DNA of 64,000 nucleotides, taken from the NCBI GenBank assembly GCA_053919585.1, contig CM132802.1; one strand, given 5' to 3'. Both the position numbers and the translations under genes were made by a program. Below the pieces are notes generated by a model. The model was not told the origin of the DNA. It was given only the letters and a program-made list of their open reading frames with translations, and ran no database searches. This DNA is from Euprymna scolopes. Lineage: Eukaryota. Shown piece after piece: positions 12,906-25,865 of this stretch (positions are counted from its first letter, which is position 1; every line of letters starts with the position of its first letter).

Positions 12906-13635
12906 TTGAAATGGATGGCTCTCGACTAGGGGAAGCTTTGACCTTTACTTCTAACCTGAAATGGAACACATACATCAAGTCTATTGCCAAGGTCGCTGGA
13001 AAAATGGTAGGATCCTTCTACCGCTCCAGAAGATACCTCACTGCTGATGCAATTCTCTACTTATATAAAAGCCAGGTACGTCTAAGGATGGAATACTGTT
13101 GCCATATCTGGGCAGGAGCTGCTAAAAACACTCTATCCTGCCTTGACAGAGTACAAAATAGGCTTTGTGGCTTAGTGGGGATGCCCTTTGCCTTTCCCTG
13201 CAACTTCTCTCCCACAGGAGAGACATTGCGAGCCTGTCTTCGTTTTCTCGTTACTTCCATGGCAGGTACTCGTCTGAACTCCAATCCCTGGTCCCTCCTC
13301 CCCGATCTTTCACGAAAAACACCCGTCTAGCTGAATCCACTGTCAAAAATTTTCCCCATTCTTTATCTGTGTCAAAACCAAAACGTAGATTCCATGAACA
13401 AAGCTTCTTTCTAAGAAGTGCACGCCTGTGGAACTCTGTTCCGTCTGCCTGTTTCCCACCTGACTACAACTTGGATGTCTTCAAGTCCAACATAAACAAA
13501 TTCCTGATGAACCGCCCCCTTAAGTAGACACTTTATCAAATCTCAACATTAACGTACTGTACACGCAATAACCCTCGTCCTCGAGTGGCTTCCGGGCCTT
13601 GATAAGTGGTGACCACCTTGTAAAAAAAAAAAAAA
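12906..13635 (+). mobile_element. CR1/L2-type LINE subfamily A, 5'-truncated (RT C-terminus, 3'UTR, poly(A))
   Basis: LKWNTYIKSIAK...LYLYKSQVRLRMEYCCHIWAGA...LDRVQ, then a frameshift to SFFLRSARLWNSVP...FKSNIN. The tail ends in poly(A). Confidence 0.92.
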
Positions 13636-14294
13636 ATAAGGATAATAGTCCGCAATAAATAAATAAATGAATAAATAATACAAATTACTCATCTCAATAA
13701 TGAATTCCAATTAATTAAATAATATATAAATTTGTTGGCCTCCTTCTCTCCCAAAGGACTGCTGATAAATCATCGTCACCTCAGAACCAAATGTCGTACC
13801 ATTTTCCTATGAATAGAATCAAGGCAACATTCTGTTTTCTATTCTGTGGAACTGACTAGCAGTGAGGTCAGAGATGCCTATCATATTGAGTTTCAAAGTC
13901 ACCAAAATTTTAAACTTGAATATAAACGTGCATTTCTTGTGTTTTTACATGACTTGATGCACTTTTCTGTTTTTTTTTTGTTTTGTTTTTTTCTGATGAA
14001 TTTGATTTGATTTAAAAAGAAATGATGATTTTCAAATACTTGTAAGAATATTCTATAAAAGTTACGAAAAATATTAACGGAATAAATTAACATGATTTGG
14101 TTGAAATAGCTTCCGATATTGAAACGAAATAATGCTTATGTATTCACAAATCGCTGACAATTCCAAAGGAAATTTCAATATAGATTGAAAAGCACTTTAA
14201 ACTTTGAATAAAATTTAATTTTTGCAACCTTAACAAGAGGGAGGATTTAACAAAACATACAAGAAAATTTAACTGACTTTCTTTATCGGAAGAG

Positions 14295-14525
14295 GAAATT
14301 GGTTGTTTGGTTATTTTGTTTCACGGCATATCAACCCTTTTTGGGTTATTTAATACCGAATCAATAATTCTTTATATCTTCAAATATTTATTCATGATAT
14401 TTGGTTTGGTTGTTTTGTTTTATGGCATATCAACCCTTTTTGAGTTCAATCTTTTCAGCGAAAGTTTTATGCTTCAAGTTCTTTATATTTTCAAATATTT
14501 ATTCATGGTGTTTTGTTTGATTTTG
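14295..14525 (+). repeat. Two tandem diverged copies of a ~105-bp dispersed repeat (ttggtt..ttttatggcatatcaaccc..ttatttaat..ttcaaatatttattcatg)
   Basis: Direct duplication is visible. A third, interrupted copy lies at 20590-21215. Confidence 0.75.
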
Positions 14526-15119
14526 TTTTGTAGAGAAAAATTGTTTTTGCTCTGAGTTTTGAAGAATATGATTGAGTTTTTCAAAAAAAGAAAGGCAAAA
14601 ACGGATAACATCAATGTTTGGTGCATTTCAGATCCAAAAACTGATATCTAAAAAAGAAGAAGCAAAGTTTTAAAAATCTCACAAATAAAAATGCCCGTTT
14701 TATTTGTTAACATAATTACCATGTAATATTTTCGACTTTTATGAACATGTATAGAGATGGTATACATTTTTATTTTGTATAAACGTGTTTGTTACATATA
14801 TGAGCAGATATGTTTCGGCTATACCCTTATCAAGGTCAAACCTCATCCAGACTAACCGTGATGAAGATGACTTCTAATCTGTGGATGGTATCATTGTAGC
14901 ATTGTCACCCTGTTCTTTGCTTGATCCCTCAAATTGAAAGCTGTTGTTCCAATCAACTCTTCAACACCTGATGGAGCAAAATGGAGAGACGTCCACTCTT
15001 CGATTGCCAAGTTTGTTCTCCGATGTTTTTCCCCATTTTCTCTCGATTGATGGCGTATGTCTGCGATAGTTTTTGGATGCATACTTTAAAACTAAAACAA
15101 AATAAATTATGTTCCTTGA

Positions 15120-15630
15120 ATTTTTTAGATGAGGATTGATAATTCGGATTATTTGGACTACTGTTCGCATTTTGAGTGTTATTCTCACAACATTTCAGCT
15201 GAGGTAACCTCTGACCTTCTTCAAGTGTTGTCGAACTCGGGAATCTTTGGCCAAGTAGAAATCTTAAGTAATTCACAAGTATATATCTTCCTACAAAGAC
15301 CTATGGCATAACAAATAAAGTACTATGTAAGTTCTAAGTGACACTCTTCTGGAGGTTCAAGGTTCAATCCTCACTGCGGGCAATACTAAGAATACAATTG
15401 CAAATTAATTAGGACTTCTAATATCTCATGACTGATGGAACAAGAGCATGCTACCCTGTGGATTAAATAAAGGGTTCTGTACGAAATTCCGTGTAGATTC
15501 CCCAGTTTAATAAAAAGATTCCCGAGTTCAACATGATACACCTGAAAAAGGTAGGAGGTTACATCGATCCAAACGTTATGCGAATAGCATTTTGAATGAA
15601 AGCAATAATCTGAATAATCCAAATAATCTA
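15120..15630. mobile_element. Decayed inverted-repeat element with hammerhead-like remnants in both arms (PLE-derived)
   Basis: 15140-15250 is the approximate reverse complement of 15515-15625. The right arm reads cacCTGAAAAaggtaggaggttacatcgatccAAACGTTatg. The left arm (minus strand) reads cacTTGAAGAaggtcagaggttacctcagctGAAAtgttgtg. Confidence 0.65.
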
Positions 15631-15814
15631 AAACAAATGTTTACAATTTAAATTTTATCCTCAACCTTGCAATACTCAAAACAATCACAGTTGCATTGCA
15701 AATCTGACTCCTACTCACGAGCCTTACATCATGTAACCATATATCATTTCTGTTCACTATCTTGATCCACGATAATCTCGTTGCCTCATGATGAATGAAT
15801 CAAGAATATATATC

Positions 15815-15865
<51 letters not shown>

Positions 15866-16587
15866 TCCCTTTCCCTTCATAAAATGAAGACGTAATGCTT
15901 GGGAAAATAGTATCATTGCAGCAGAACAGATACTACACCACATACCCCCACCTGAATTCAGCATTGAGAGATACTGCATTTGATATCTCCCACTAAAAGG
16001 ATATATTCGTTTGAAGTAGCTGAGTGATCTTTGCTACTCTTTCAAGTAATAATCTAGTTAAGTTGTCCTACTGAACGGGTATTCATGGTCACAGCTGATA
16101 TATACTATGCATGATGCTTTTAGGCACACCTTTCAACGTCTCCCCACAATTGGTCTAGAAGTCGGTATTTATGGTTTAACCAGCCAATCATATTCTTGTA
16201 AGGAGGAATAAACTCTGGTGTACTAATATGCATTAGATCAGTATTTGTCTAAAATAGTATAGTGATCACTAAAAGATAATACAATAGTACATTAATAGAA
16301 GTAATAGTATAGTTTCAGCTTTGGACAGACAGATACCAAATCTCCATTAGTAACAGATAATACCTTTGACTACTTTTCTTGAACAAAATTATAATCTCTG
16401 AGGGTTAGCTATTCTTTTCTTCTCGTAGAAACTTTTAATTAGTTGACAATTGCTGTAGAAGCACTGGTTTGTAGACCAGCACTTTAAGTAGCTGAGACTT
16501 CAGTTTACTCTACTATTTAACTCATAGCAGGATGGAGGATATATTGGAGTAGAAGTGATACAGTTGCAATGTAATCGCTACAACAAC

Positions 16588-16830
16588 GCCAGGGAGGTGA
16601 CAGTGGTTAACACCATGAGCCGACAACCTGGGTATGCCTAGTTCTAGTTCAGTTCTTTTCACAGAAACATTTTAATTTGGGGATGTTGGCAACCGTCACT
16701 TGGTCCCTCCCAAAAAATACCCGATGTCTCTTTAGAAAGAATTCTAATTAGAAAGATATCAGAGAATTGAATGCCAACAAAAAATATCTAACCCATACAA
16801 AATGGATTAATAATCACAACACCATCACCA
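16588..16830 (+). mobile_element. Possible degenerate tRNA-derived SINE
   Basis: A-box-like ggtgacagtggttaa and B-box-like gttctagttc at tRNA-like spacing. Only one copy is seen. Confidence 0.3.
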
Positions 16831-16851
16831 GTTTTACTAAAATTATGCACA

Positions 16852-18072
16852 TTTTATTTTACAAAAGAGTCACCATTAGTTAAGGCCCGGAGGCCACTCG
16901 AGGATAAGGGTTAATGAGTGTACAGTAGTCAATGCGCCAATCTTTTAGAAAACGTTAGTAGTGGAAATAAATTGGATTACTTAAAGGGACGGCTCATCAA
17001 GAACTTGTTTACATTGGACTTTAAAATAACCACATTGTAGTCAGCTGGAAAGCAAGCAAACAGAAGTGAGTTCCACAGGTGTGCAATTCTAAGAAAAAAG
17101 CTTTGTTCATGGGATCCATGTTTAGGTTTAGACACAGATAAAGATTGGAAGAAATTATTGATAGTGGTTTCAGCTAGACAAGTGTTTTTTGTGAAAGTTT
17201 AGCAAAGGGGGACCATAGATTGGAGCTCACACGAGCACTTGCCATGAAAATCACGAATAAGCAGAAACAGGCTTGCAGCGTCTCTTCTCTGAGAAAGAGG
17301 TTGAAGGGAAAAGAAAAAGCTATCCCACAATAGATTACAAAGTCTATTTTGAACTCTGTCAAGGCAGGATAAGGTGCTTCTAGCAGCTCCTGTCCTGATG
17401 TGGCAACAGTACTCCATCCTAGACCGTACTTGGTTGTTATACAGGTAGATTTGCATCGGCAGTAAGATATCTACTGGAGCAGTAGAATGATCCAATTATT
17501 TTTCCAGCGACCTTGGCCGTGGATTTGATGTACGTGTTCCATTTCAGATCAGGAGTAAAAGTCAGACCAAGAAGCTTGTCAAGACATAGAGCCTCCTCAA
17601 GATGAGAGCCATTCATTTCTATTGATGCCAGACAGAGGTCAGGGCGTTGATGATGGAAAGCTAGAAGCTTGGTTTTCGATGTATTAAAAGTAACCAGCCA
17701 CCTTTCCCTCATTGCCCCACACACTTGGTTATTTTCAGCTTTTGAAGTGTTGCCATAGATGGCGATGTCGTCAGCAGAAATATCTATGAATGATCTTGTT
17801 TTTAAAATATAATTATCCACTGACACGTGTTTCGTGTCAGTGGATAATTATATTTTAAAAATAATATATATGCCGCTCCCCATTTTGGGGTTCAAAATTG
17901 GTGAAAGGGAAAATTATTCCCAACTCGCATTTAGGTAAAAATGCACTTTTGTATAAATAATTGAATTCATTCAAAACATATCGCAAAAGCAAAACAAATA
18001 AAATAACATCTATGAATGATCTTAGGGTGTAATTTGGGAGATCGTTGATGTAGATTAGAGAGTTGGTACCAG
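16852..18072 (-). mobile_element. LINE subfamily A copy reaching the RT catalytic motifs, interrupted at 17798-18005
   Basis: LIYINDLP (18030-18060), SFIDISADDIAIY (decayed YADD), WLVTFNTSKTK, LGLTFTPDLKWNTYI and RMEYCCH. The 3'UTR matches 13540-13622. Confidence 0.9.
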
Positions 18073-18082
18073 AAAGAAAACG

Positions 18083-18937
18083 GCACAAGTGCACTTTAAC
18101 TTGCTGGAAGTATTTTTCTTTGTTTTCATTTTTGAAAAAGTTATACTAGCGAAAAGGAAAGACAATCCAAAACTAATGCTTTTAATTAATCCAAAAATGA
18201 ACGTAAGATATGTTTTGCTTTTGTTTAGAACAAAGAAAAATGATTAATTTTTTCTTTCTTTTTACAGGCACATCGATTACTGTCTGCAGCGAAGTTATGT
18301 ATAAAACATGCCATTTTTCTAAGCAACATAAGTTAACAAATTTACCGAATTTCCATTATTAACGATTACTATATTGTCCAATTGACTACTGTAGACTCTT
18401 TAACCCTTATCTTCGAGTGGCCTCTGTGCCTTGATAAGTGATGATGTCTATGTAAAAAAAGTAAAAGAAGAAATAAAATAAAAATATTCTAAAATGACTG
18501 TTACAATTCTTAAGATTTTTATTTTATTTAATTAAAGAACTTTAGCTTGAAAAAAATACATAAAAATATATTCAATCCATTTCATAATATTCTTAACTAA
18601 ATGTTATATTTTTGCGTTATAAAAATATTTATTTTTGAAATTATTGTTTTGAAATATAGAATGTTATGTTGTATTTGTCAATTTTAAATGTAATTTATTT
18701 TTAAGTATTGTTGGTAGATTTTTAACGATTTCAATTAAATTTTAAAAAATGGTTCATTATGTAATGTTTTCTGTTGTGTTGCTTAATTTAACTTGTTTTG
18801 AATTAGCAGAAAAATTTGGTTAGAAATAAGCATTAATTTTGGATTGTCTTCTCTTTTTGCTAGTATGACTCTTCTGAAAAGGAAAACAAAAATAAATAAA
18901 TAAAATACTTCCGGCGAGTTAAAGCGCACTTGTGTCA
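18083..18937. mobile_element. MITE/foldback-like element with ~100-bp imperfect terminal inverted repeats; contains a LINE-A tail at ~18335-18462
   Basis: gcacaagtgcactttaacttgctggaagtattt...gacaatccaaaactaatgctt (18083-18181) pairs with aagcattaattttggattgtc...aaatacttccggcgagttaaagcgcacttgtgtc (18828-18936). Confidence 0.7.
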
Positions 18938-19222
18938 ATACATGTCTATGATAATAAAAACAAACAAACAAAAAAGACAGGCATAAAATTATAACCGTTT
19001 ACTCATTCAGAAATGACCTGGCTAACTCTTGCTTATCTTTTTGTAATTCCAAAGGAAAATCCAGAAACTGCCTGTGAGCAATGGATGCCCCGAAGAAAGA
19101 TTCCTTGAATAGTTTCACTTCTAAGAAATAATCCCTAAAAATGTCGCATTAAACAAGTAAACCTAATGATGTGAAACGCCAAAAGGTGAATCATGGCCCC
19201 CAGCAGAGATGAGTTTCACTGG

Positions 19223-19293
<71 letters not shown>

Positions 19294-19597
19294 CTTTTTT
19301 ATTATAAAGGCTTTGTGTGATCCCACCTGTGGACAGCTGCAGAAAATTTAAAGGTTTCACAGTAGAGACCGAGAGCTTCTTTGAGAAAAACCGATATTTC
19401 GGCAAAGATCAAAGTTGAACTTCTTTTCTGTTGAAATATAAGAGCAATATTTCTGAAGATGACACATCATTCGTAATTAGTTCAGCACGATTCAATGCTA
19501 AGTAATTATAAACACATCCCACTTTCTCCTCATACACACACGCATCACTAATTGTTGTTTATGTAATATTAACTATTTGTCACAAATTATGGTCAAA

Positions 19598-19635
<38 letters not shown>

Positions 19636-19821
19636 AGATTATGTATGGTGAGATTGCTTATATTCCTGTATGTTTGAATTTTGTATGTTTTCTGCATGTT
19701 CATCTGAATGTCGGCTTGTTTAGATGTAGGTAAGGTATGAGAAGAGTTCATCTGTTGAGTGAAATAAAATAAATAGAATAATTTAAAAACAAAAGTTGAC
19801 TAAAGTTTACGAAAACATAAA

Positions 19822-20510
19822 TACGGGGAGTTGAGCACCAAGATATCTGTTAACATTGCATTTAAATTTTGCAAATTAGTACAGTCGGGGAAGCAAGAAA
19901 CAAAGAGAGAATTCCAAAGTATACCAGTTCGAGGGACTAAAATATTAGAGTCGAAGGCTTTTCAACATGTGAAGGAGTGGGATTTTGCTGCTTATTGGGT
20001 TAATTACGAGTATGTACTTCGGTGGGGCACAAGTGCTATGAGTTCATCAGAGCACATTTAATTAAAGCACTTGTAAAACATGGACAGGAATGCGATATTG
20101 CAATGATGGGACAGAAGTTGGGGCTTGGCCAACAGTGTGGGACCTATTAGATTTAAGACTCGTTTTTGGACCCTGTCTAAAAAGGGAAAGAATATTGTTA
20201 GATGCCCCAGCCCAGATGTGGTAAGAATACTCCATGCATGGGGAATAGTGGCTTCTTAAAGATGTAGGATGCTCTCTGATGTAAATAGTTTTCTTGCACG
20301 GTAGAGGGAGCCCACCATATTTGCAGCAGCCTTGGCAATGTCCTCAATGCATTTGTTCCAATTCATGTTGGGTGTGAATGTTAAGTTGAGAAGTCTGGGC
20401 TCTCATGTAGGGTGTTATTTGTCATGACAATCAGTGTTTGAGAAGGTGTTTTGTAATTGTTAAAAGTGTCTAGTAGCATTAAATATTACCATCCATTTAC
20501 GGCCCCCTTT
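19822..20510 (-). mobile_element. LINE subfamily B, decayed 3' fragment
   Basis: Collinear with 22585-23080 (agttcatcagagcacatt, tactccatgcatggg = PCMEY, gcacggtagagggagcccacc). Confidence 0.85.
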
Positions 20511-20654
20511 CACTGAAGACGTTTTTAAGGTTTTTTGCCATTGCCTTGGATACGTGTACATAAGGTTATGAAAACATAACTTATAACCTTTTGTTCTACG
20601 GCATATCAACTAAATCCATAGAATTCCAAAATATCTGACTCCGACTCCCTAATT

Positions 20655-21035
20655 TTATCTCTCCAATTAATTTAGTCTCTTCAATTAATTTGATCTCTTC
20701 AATTAATTTGCTCCCTTAAATTAATTTGATCTCTCCAATTAATTTAATCTCTCGTATTAATTTGATCTCTTCAATTAATTTAATCTCTCCAATTAATTTG
20801 ATCTTTCCAATTAATTTGATCTCTTCAATTAATTTGATCTCTTCAATTAATTTGATCTCTTCAATTAATTTGATCTCTTCAATTTATTTGATCTCTTCAA
20901 TTAATTTGATCTTTCCAATTAATTTGACCTCTCCAATTAATTTGATCTCTTCAATTAATTTGATCTCTTCAATTAATTTGCTCCCTTCAATTAATTTGCT
21001 CCCTTCAATTAATTTGATCTCTCTAATTAATTTGG
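20655..21035. repeat. 18-bp minisatellite (aattaatttgatctcttc), ~21 copies
   Basis: Seen directly. It produces the INLISS repeat ORF. Confidence 0.95.
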
Positions 21036-22494
21036 TCTATGCTGATCGGACTCCTTCATTATCCGGATATTACCCTTTCCAAAAACTTCAACTCTGAACT
21101 TTTTTTACATCTTACAAACTCATTTTGAGTTATTTAATGCCGAATTCAGTTATTTTGGTAAACGTCTTTAAGCTTCATGTTCTATATATTTTCAAATATT
21201 TATTTATAGTGTTTGCTTTAATTAATAATTTTTGATACAATCATATCCGGAACAAATTTAGGATCAGATTATCTAAAAATGCTGGCTTTCTGAAAACGGC
21301 AATTTTTCCTCCTTTGCATTCACTGAATGTGGGGACTAAATGACAAAATAAAAAACGAGGGTTACGAGGCTGTCAAAAGTAAACATGTGGACCACTTTCT
21401 ACTCTCTTAATGCATTTATGTTCGTGAGTGATTAAAGAAGTCCTTGCTAAAATTTCTTTAATTTGTTTTTGAGTACCAGCCAATCAGAACTCAGAGAATG
21501 GACTTGACCATCTGATCATAATGGAACCTTCCTGCTTTTTTATATAAACCGTTTTTCTAGTGTTCTTATTAGTTTTTTTGTAGCTCAACTACTAAATTCA
21601 GTAGTATTCCCTGGTTATGGTAAGCTATACGTTGACTATATTTGTTGGTAAGACTTCAGTTTAGGAGTCTTACAAAATGTGAAGTTGTATCTTTGTTAGC
21701 TTAACTCCATCAAACACTCTGACCATGAGTATCTGGTAGTATTTGTCTATATCCTGTTAGCACGATGAAACTAACGATCAAAGGGAGTTAACTTCATTTT
21801 CTGTTTCAGGCAGAATTACCTCCTCTTTTTTAAAACTCATGTGAGTTCTCATGTGGTGACGTGAGAATGGCATGAGAAACACTGGCAGGCACCATAAAGG
21901 CAATGATTTTGAATCCGGGTAAATGAAGATGGATCTATATTACTTCTGTTTGCGATGATTGTGACACACAAACTCAAGTAATATCGGACTAAGACTGATA
22001 GATGTAGTTTGAATCATTCTACGTGTTTCTTCCTTTTAAATGAACTGTCGACATCAAGTCAGTTATGAGCATCCTTATTTGTTCCACTATTTTCTGGCAT
22101 CCGTGTGCTGCATACATATGCACACATAGACATCTTCTGTCATAATCCTCTGCAGGACATTATTAGTTGTGATATGTCGACATTTTCATTTGTAACAGAT
22201 CCTATCTATTACATAAAATCTTATAAAATATATTTCGTTTTACATGCTGTCATGTGTTTAATGAATTAAGAAACCAACTTCCAAATTAACCTCTTTCCGA
22301 CCAAATCTTTATTTAGCCACCAAGCCTATTTTTATCGATTCTTGAAAAGTTGTTCTTTTGATGGTCCATGTGAATTGAAACTGCTATCTCCGTGTTCTAC
22401 ATCTAATAACCCAAGAACTCTCAGCCAGGTGCCAAAACTAACTTTGGCTCTCATGACATCGTATGCACATCGTATTGTTAAAACATATATTGTT

Positions 22495-23082
22495 TTAAAA
22501 TTCAATTTTCACCCCAAACAAGGCACAGTGCCACTTTGAAGTAGGGGGCTACTATCGTGGACATAAGTTGCAGAGACATTATGAAGGGAGATGAGTAGAA
22601 AGATGTCTGTTCACATTACACTTGAACTTCTGCATGTCAGTACAGTTGGGAAAGCAGAATCCCGGAAGGGAGTTTCAAAGTCTAGCAGTTCTATTGGAGT
22701 AGAAGGCTTTCTTACACATAGGAATCTCTACTTTGAAGGGGTGGGATTTAGCTGCTTGTTTGGTTTGTCGGAGGTATTCACGTTGTGGGGTACAAGTGCT
22801 TGTAGTTCGTCAGAGCATTCATCATTAAAATACTTGTAGAACAGGCAGAGGGATGCAACATCTTGTCGATGAGACAGAGGCTGAAGCCTAGATGACAGTT
22901 CAGAACCTATCAGCTTGGCAACTCTCTTTTGAACCCTGTCAAGGAGTGAGAGACAAGTAGCAGATGCACTAGCCCAAATGTGACAACAGTACTCCATACA
23001 TGGGTGAATGGTGGCCTTATAGAAGTCCAGGATACTTTCGGGCATTAGTAGTTTTCTAGCACGGTAGAGAGAGCCCACCTTC
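22495..23082 (-). mobile_element. LINE subfamily B, 3' fragment
   Basis: ORF 22728-23078: FYKATIHPCMEYCCHIWASA...LLDRVQKR...LQPLSHRQDVASLCLFYKYF. Confidence 0.92.
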
Positions 23083-23618
23083 GCAGAACAAAAGGGAACA
23101 TTCTGAATTGGAACAAAAATAAATATTTCTTCTTCAATGACTGAAAAAAGAACAGCTGAAGTATAATATCAGAACAGATACTACACTTTGAATGCTTTTT
23201 ATTTGTAAAAGATGCAAAATGCAATTTTCATTTTGAGCAAATTAGGCACCAAATAGTCCCTGAACAACTTTTGAAAAGAAGATTGCTTGTGAGTTGTGAG
23301 GAGGGGGAGGGGGGGCGAAAATTTCCATCCAATATTCATCCTTTTTTCACTAAAATCCTGCAAGCCCAGCTCCCAACCATCGCCAATTCTTTAACCATTT
23401 TGTTGAATCATATCTCTTTACAAACAAGATGTGTTAATTTATGCAGCATTAATTGAATTATTACATTTTATTTCATCAAAAAATGGTTTCAGATTAAGAA
23501 TGGACGTTCATATTATCACCTCTAACCTCCATGAAAACGTTTTAATCAAGTGATGGGGAGAGGGAAGCGAGTTGGAGGAAAGTGAGGAGAGAGGAGAAAG
23601 TGTGGATCCAAGTGATGG

Positions 23619-23623
<5 letters not shown>

Positions 23624-23701
<78 letters not shown>
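23624..23701. repeat. (GA)n microsatellite
   Basis: Seen directly. Confidence 0.97.
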
Positions 23702-23706
<5 letters not shown>

Positions 23707-25104
23707 CCATAAAAATGAGAAATAAGAATTTTACAGCTGATTTTTAATTCGGATTCAGTTTGTGATATATTTATAAGAATACAGAATTACATGTTGCAGA
23801 AAGTTTGCTTCAGATACTGTGGTTATGACTGCTATGACAATTCGTCATAACCCTATTCATAGTCTCTTGAAGAGTCCATCCACTCTTGAAATAAGCTAGA
23901 TCAACATCATATGATAACACTGCAGCAAAAGGAACCTGACAACATCCAAAACATCTATATATTCTGCTTCGTCCTTAGTTAGTCCGTGCCTGCGATTTGG
24001 AAAAGGCCAATTACAATTTTTGTAGGCCAAATTGCTTTAAAAAAAGGCCAAATTCACGAAATTTACCTTTAAAAAAGCCAATCTTGCAACCCTTGATAAG
24101 ATTATGAGAGTAACGTCACTAAGATCATTCTAATAATATATGATCATTGCTGTAATTGTGTGAGAAAGGACCTCATAGTTATTTCGAAGATAGCAGTTCT
24201 TCACTCAAGAAATAACTCAGCGAAACGTTATGTAAAAAAAAAGAGAACATTCGAAAGAAACAGAGCAAAAAAAGAACATTGTTTGTCAAAAGGTGCTGGA
24301 TTGACAAAGTAAATTAAAGATTGTCTTTTACAGTGTAATTTTATTATTTGTATTGAACTATGTAGCCCAATATTACTTTCTGAGTATTTATTACTACTTC
24401 ATAATTTATCTCATTTGAGCCAGTTTTATATTTAAAGTATAATGGACATTATTTTCATAGAAATGGTATTAAACTCATATTTGCTGTGTATCATTGATTT
24501 TTCTGTCCAAAAACTAATTTTTTTGCACTCTCTAGAAGAATATCAGCTTTATCAAAACATATTTGTTGATAAATTTATTTTTTTATTCAATGGAATTTCC
24601 ACAGATCCTGCTCGTTGGTAATATTACTGTAGAATCGAATTGATACTTATCAGCATAAAGAGCTCCAACAATGGTTGATTGGAAAATTCTTGCTTGAATG
24701 AAACAATATTTATATATTAGATTATACATCGATTGACTAGCAACGAATTAGAACATAGACAATGGACTTGCCTATATAAGAAAACTGGAGTGTCCAAGCC
24801 TGCTTATGAATCAACTTTCTGGCTTTTCTTAGAAATATCATCGCATTCTGTTGGCATATCTGTGTCAGGTCAGACATAAAAGAGTCAGTTTATAATGTGG
24901 CAAAATTCCAACTCACGGAAAAGGACCCCTCTGGATTGGAGGGTAAAAATAAAACGTGTCTCAGTCTAGAAGGATTTCTCCTCCACTGGCTGAAGACAGA
25001 AAAAATGAAATGTAGTATGCGAACAAGTACTACAGTTTGCTCTAAACCAAAAGTTGTCAGATTAGATAAAAAGCAGCAAAAGAACATTTTAATATATATT
25101 TTTA

Positions 25105-25684
25105 CTGCAAGGATGGAGTACTGTTGCCACATCTGAGCAGGAGCTGCTAGAAGCACCTTATCCTGCCTTGAGAAAGTTCAAAATAGACTTCATAGCCTAG
25201 TAGGAGATGCCCTTTTCTCTTCCCTGCAACCTCTTTCCCCACAGAAGAGACGTTGCGAGCCTGTCTCTGCTTTATCATTATTTTTATAGCAAGTGCTCAT
25301 TTGAGTTCCAGTCTAGAGTCTCTCCTCGTCAAACTTTCATGAAAAACATTGGTCTAGCTGAAACCACTATCAATAATTTGCCCCACTCTTTATCTATGTC
25401 TAAACCTAAACGTGGATTCTATGAATGAAGTTTCTTTCTTAGAACTGCACGCCTGTAGAACTCTCTTCCGTTTGCCTGCTTTCCAACTGAATACAATTTG
25501 GTCGTCTTCAAGTCCAACATAAACAAATTCTTGATGAGCCGTTCCCTTTAAATAATCCAATTTACCAAATTTCCACTACTAACGATTACTATGATATTGT
25601 CTCATTGACTACTGTATACTTATTAACCTTTATCCCCGAGTGGCCTCTGGGCCTTGATAAATGGTGATTCCTTTGTAAAAAAAA
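25105..25684 (+). mobile_element. LINE subfamily A, 3' fragment with poly(A)
   Basis: RMEYCCHI and HRRDVASLSLLYHYF. The 3'UTR gagtggcctctgggccttgataaatggtga is followed by an A-tract. Confidence 0.9.
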
Positions 25685-25865
25685 AGAGAGAGTAATGGTA
25701 AAGGAAGGAAATAAGGAAACATCTTTTGAAAAGAACCAAATGACATATTTAACAGAATTTTATCGCTAGATTTGTGTTTGGTGTTAATAGTGTAAATAAT
25801 AATTGTTAAACAACAAAAAGCAAAAAAAAGTAATAAAATGATGAATAAATTATTAAAAACAAAAA

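Noticed and set aside
20726-21097. 123-aa INLISS repeat protein
   Set aside because: Translation of an 18-bp minisatellite with a non-ATG start.
21795-21925. Exon-like block (tttcag|...|gtaaat)
   Set aside because: Stops occur in all three frames and there is no other support.
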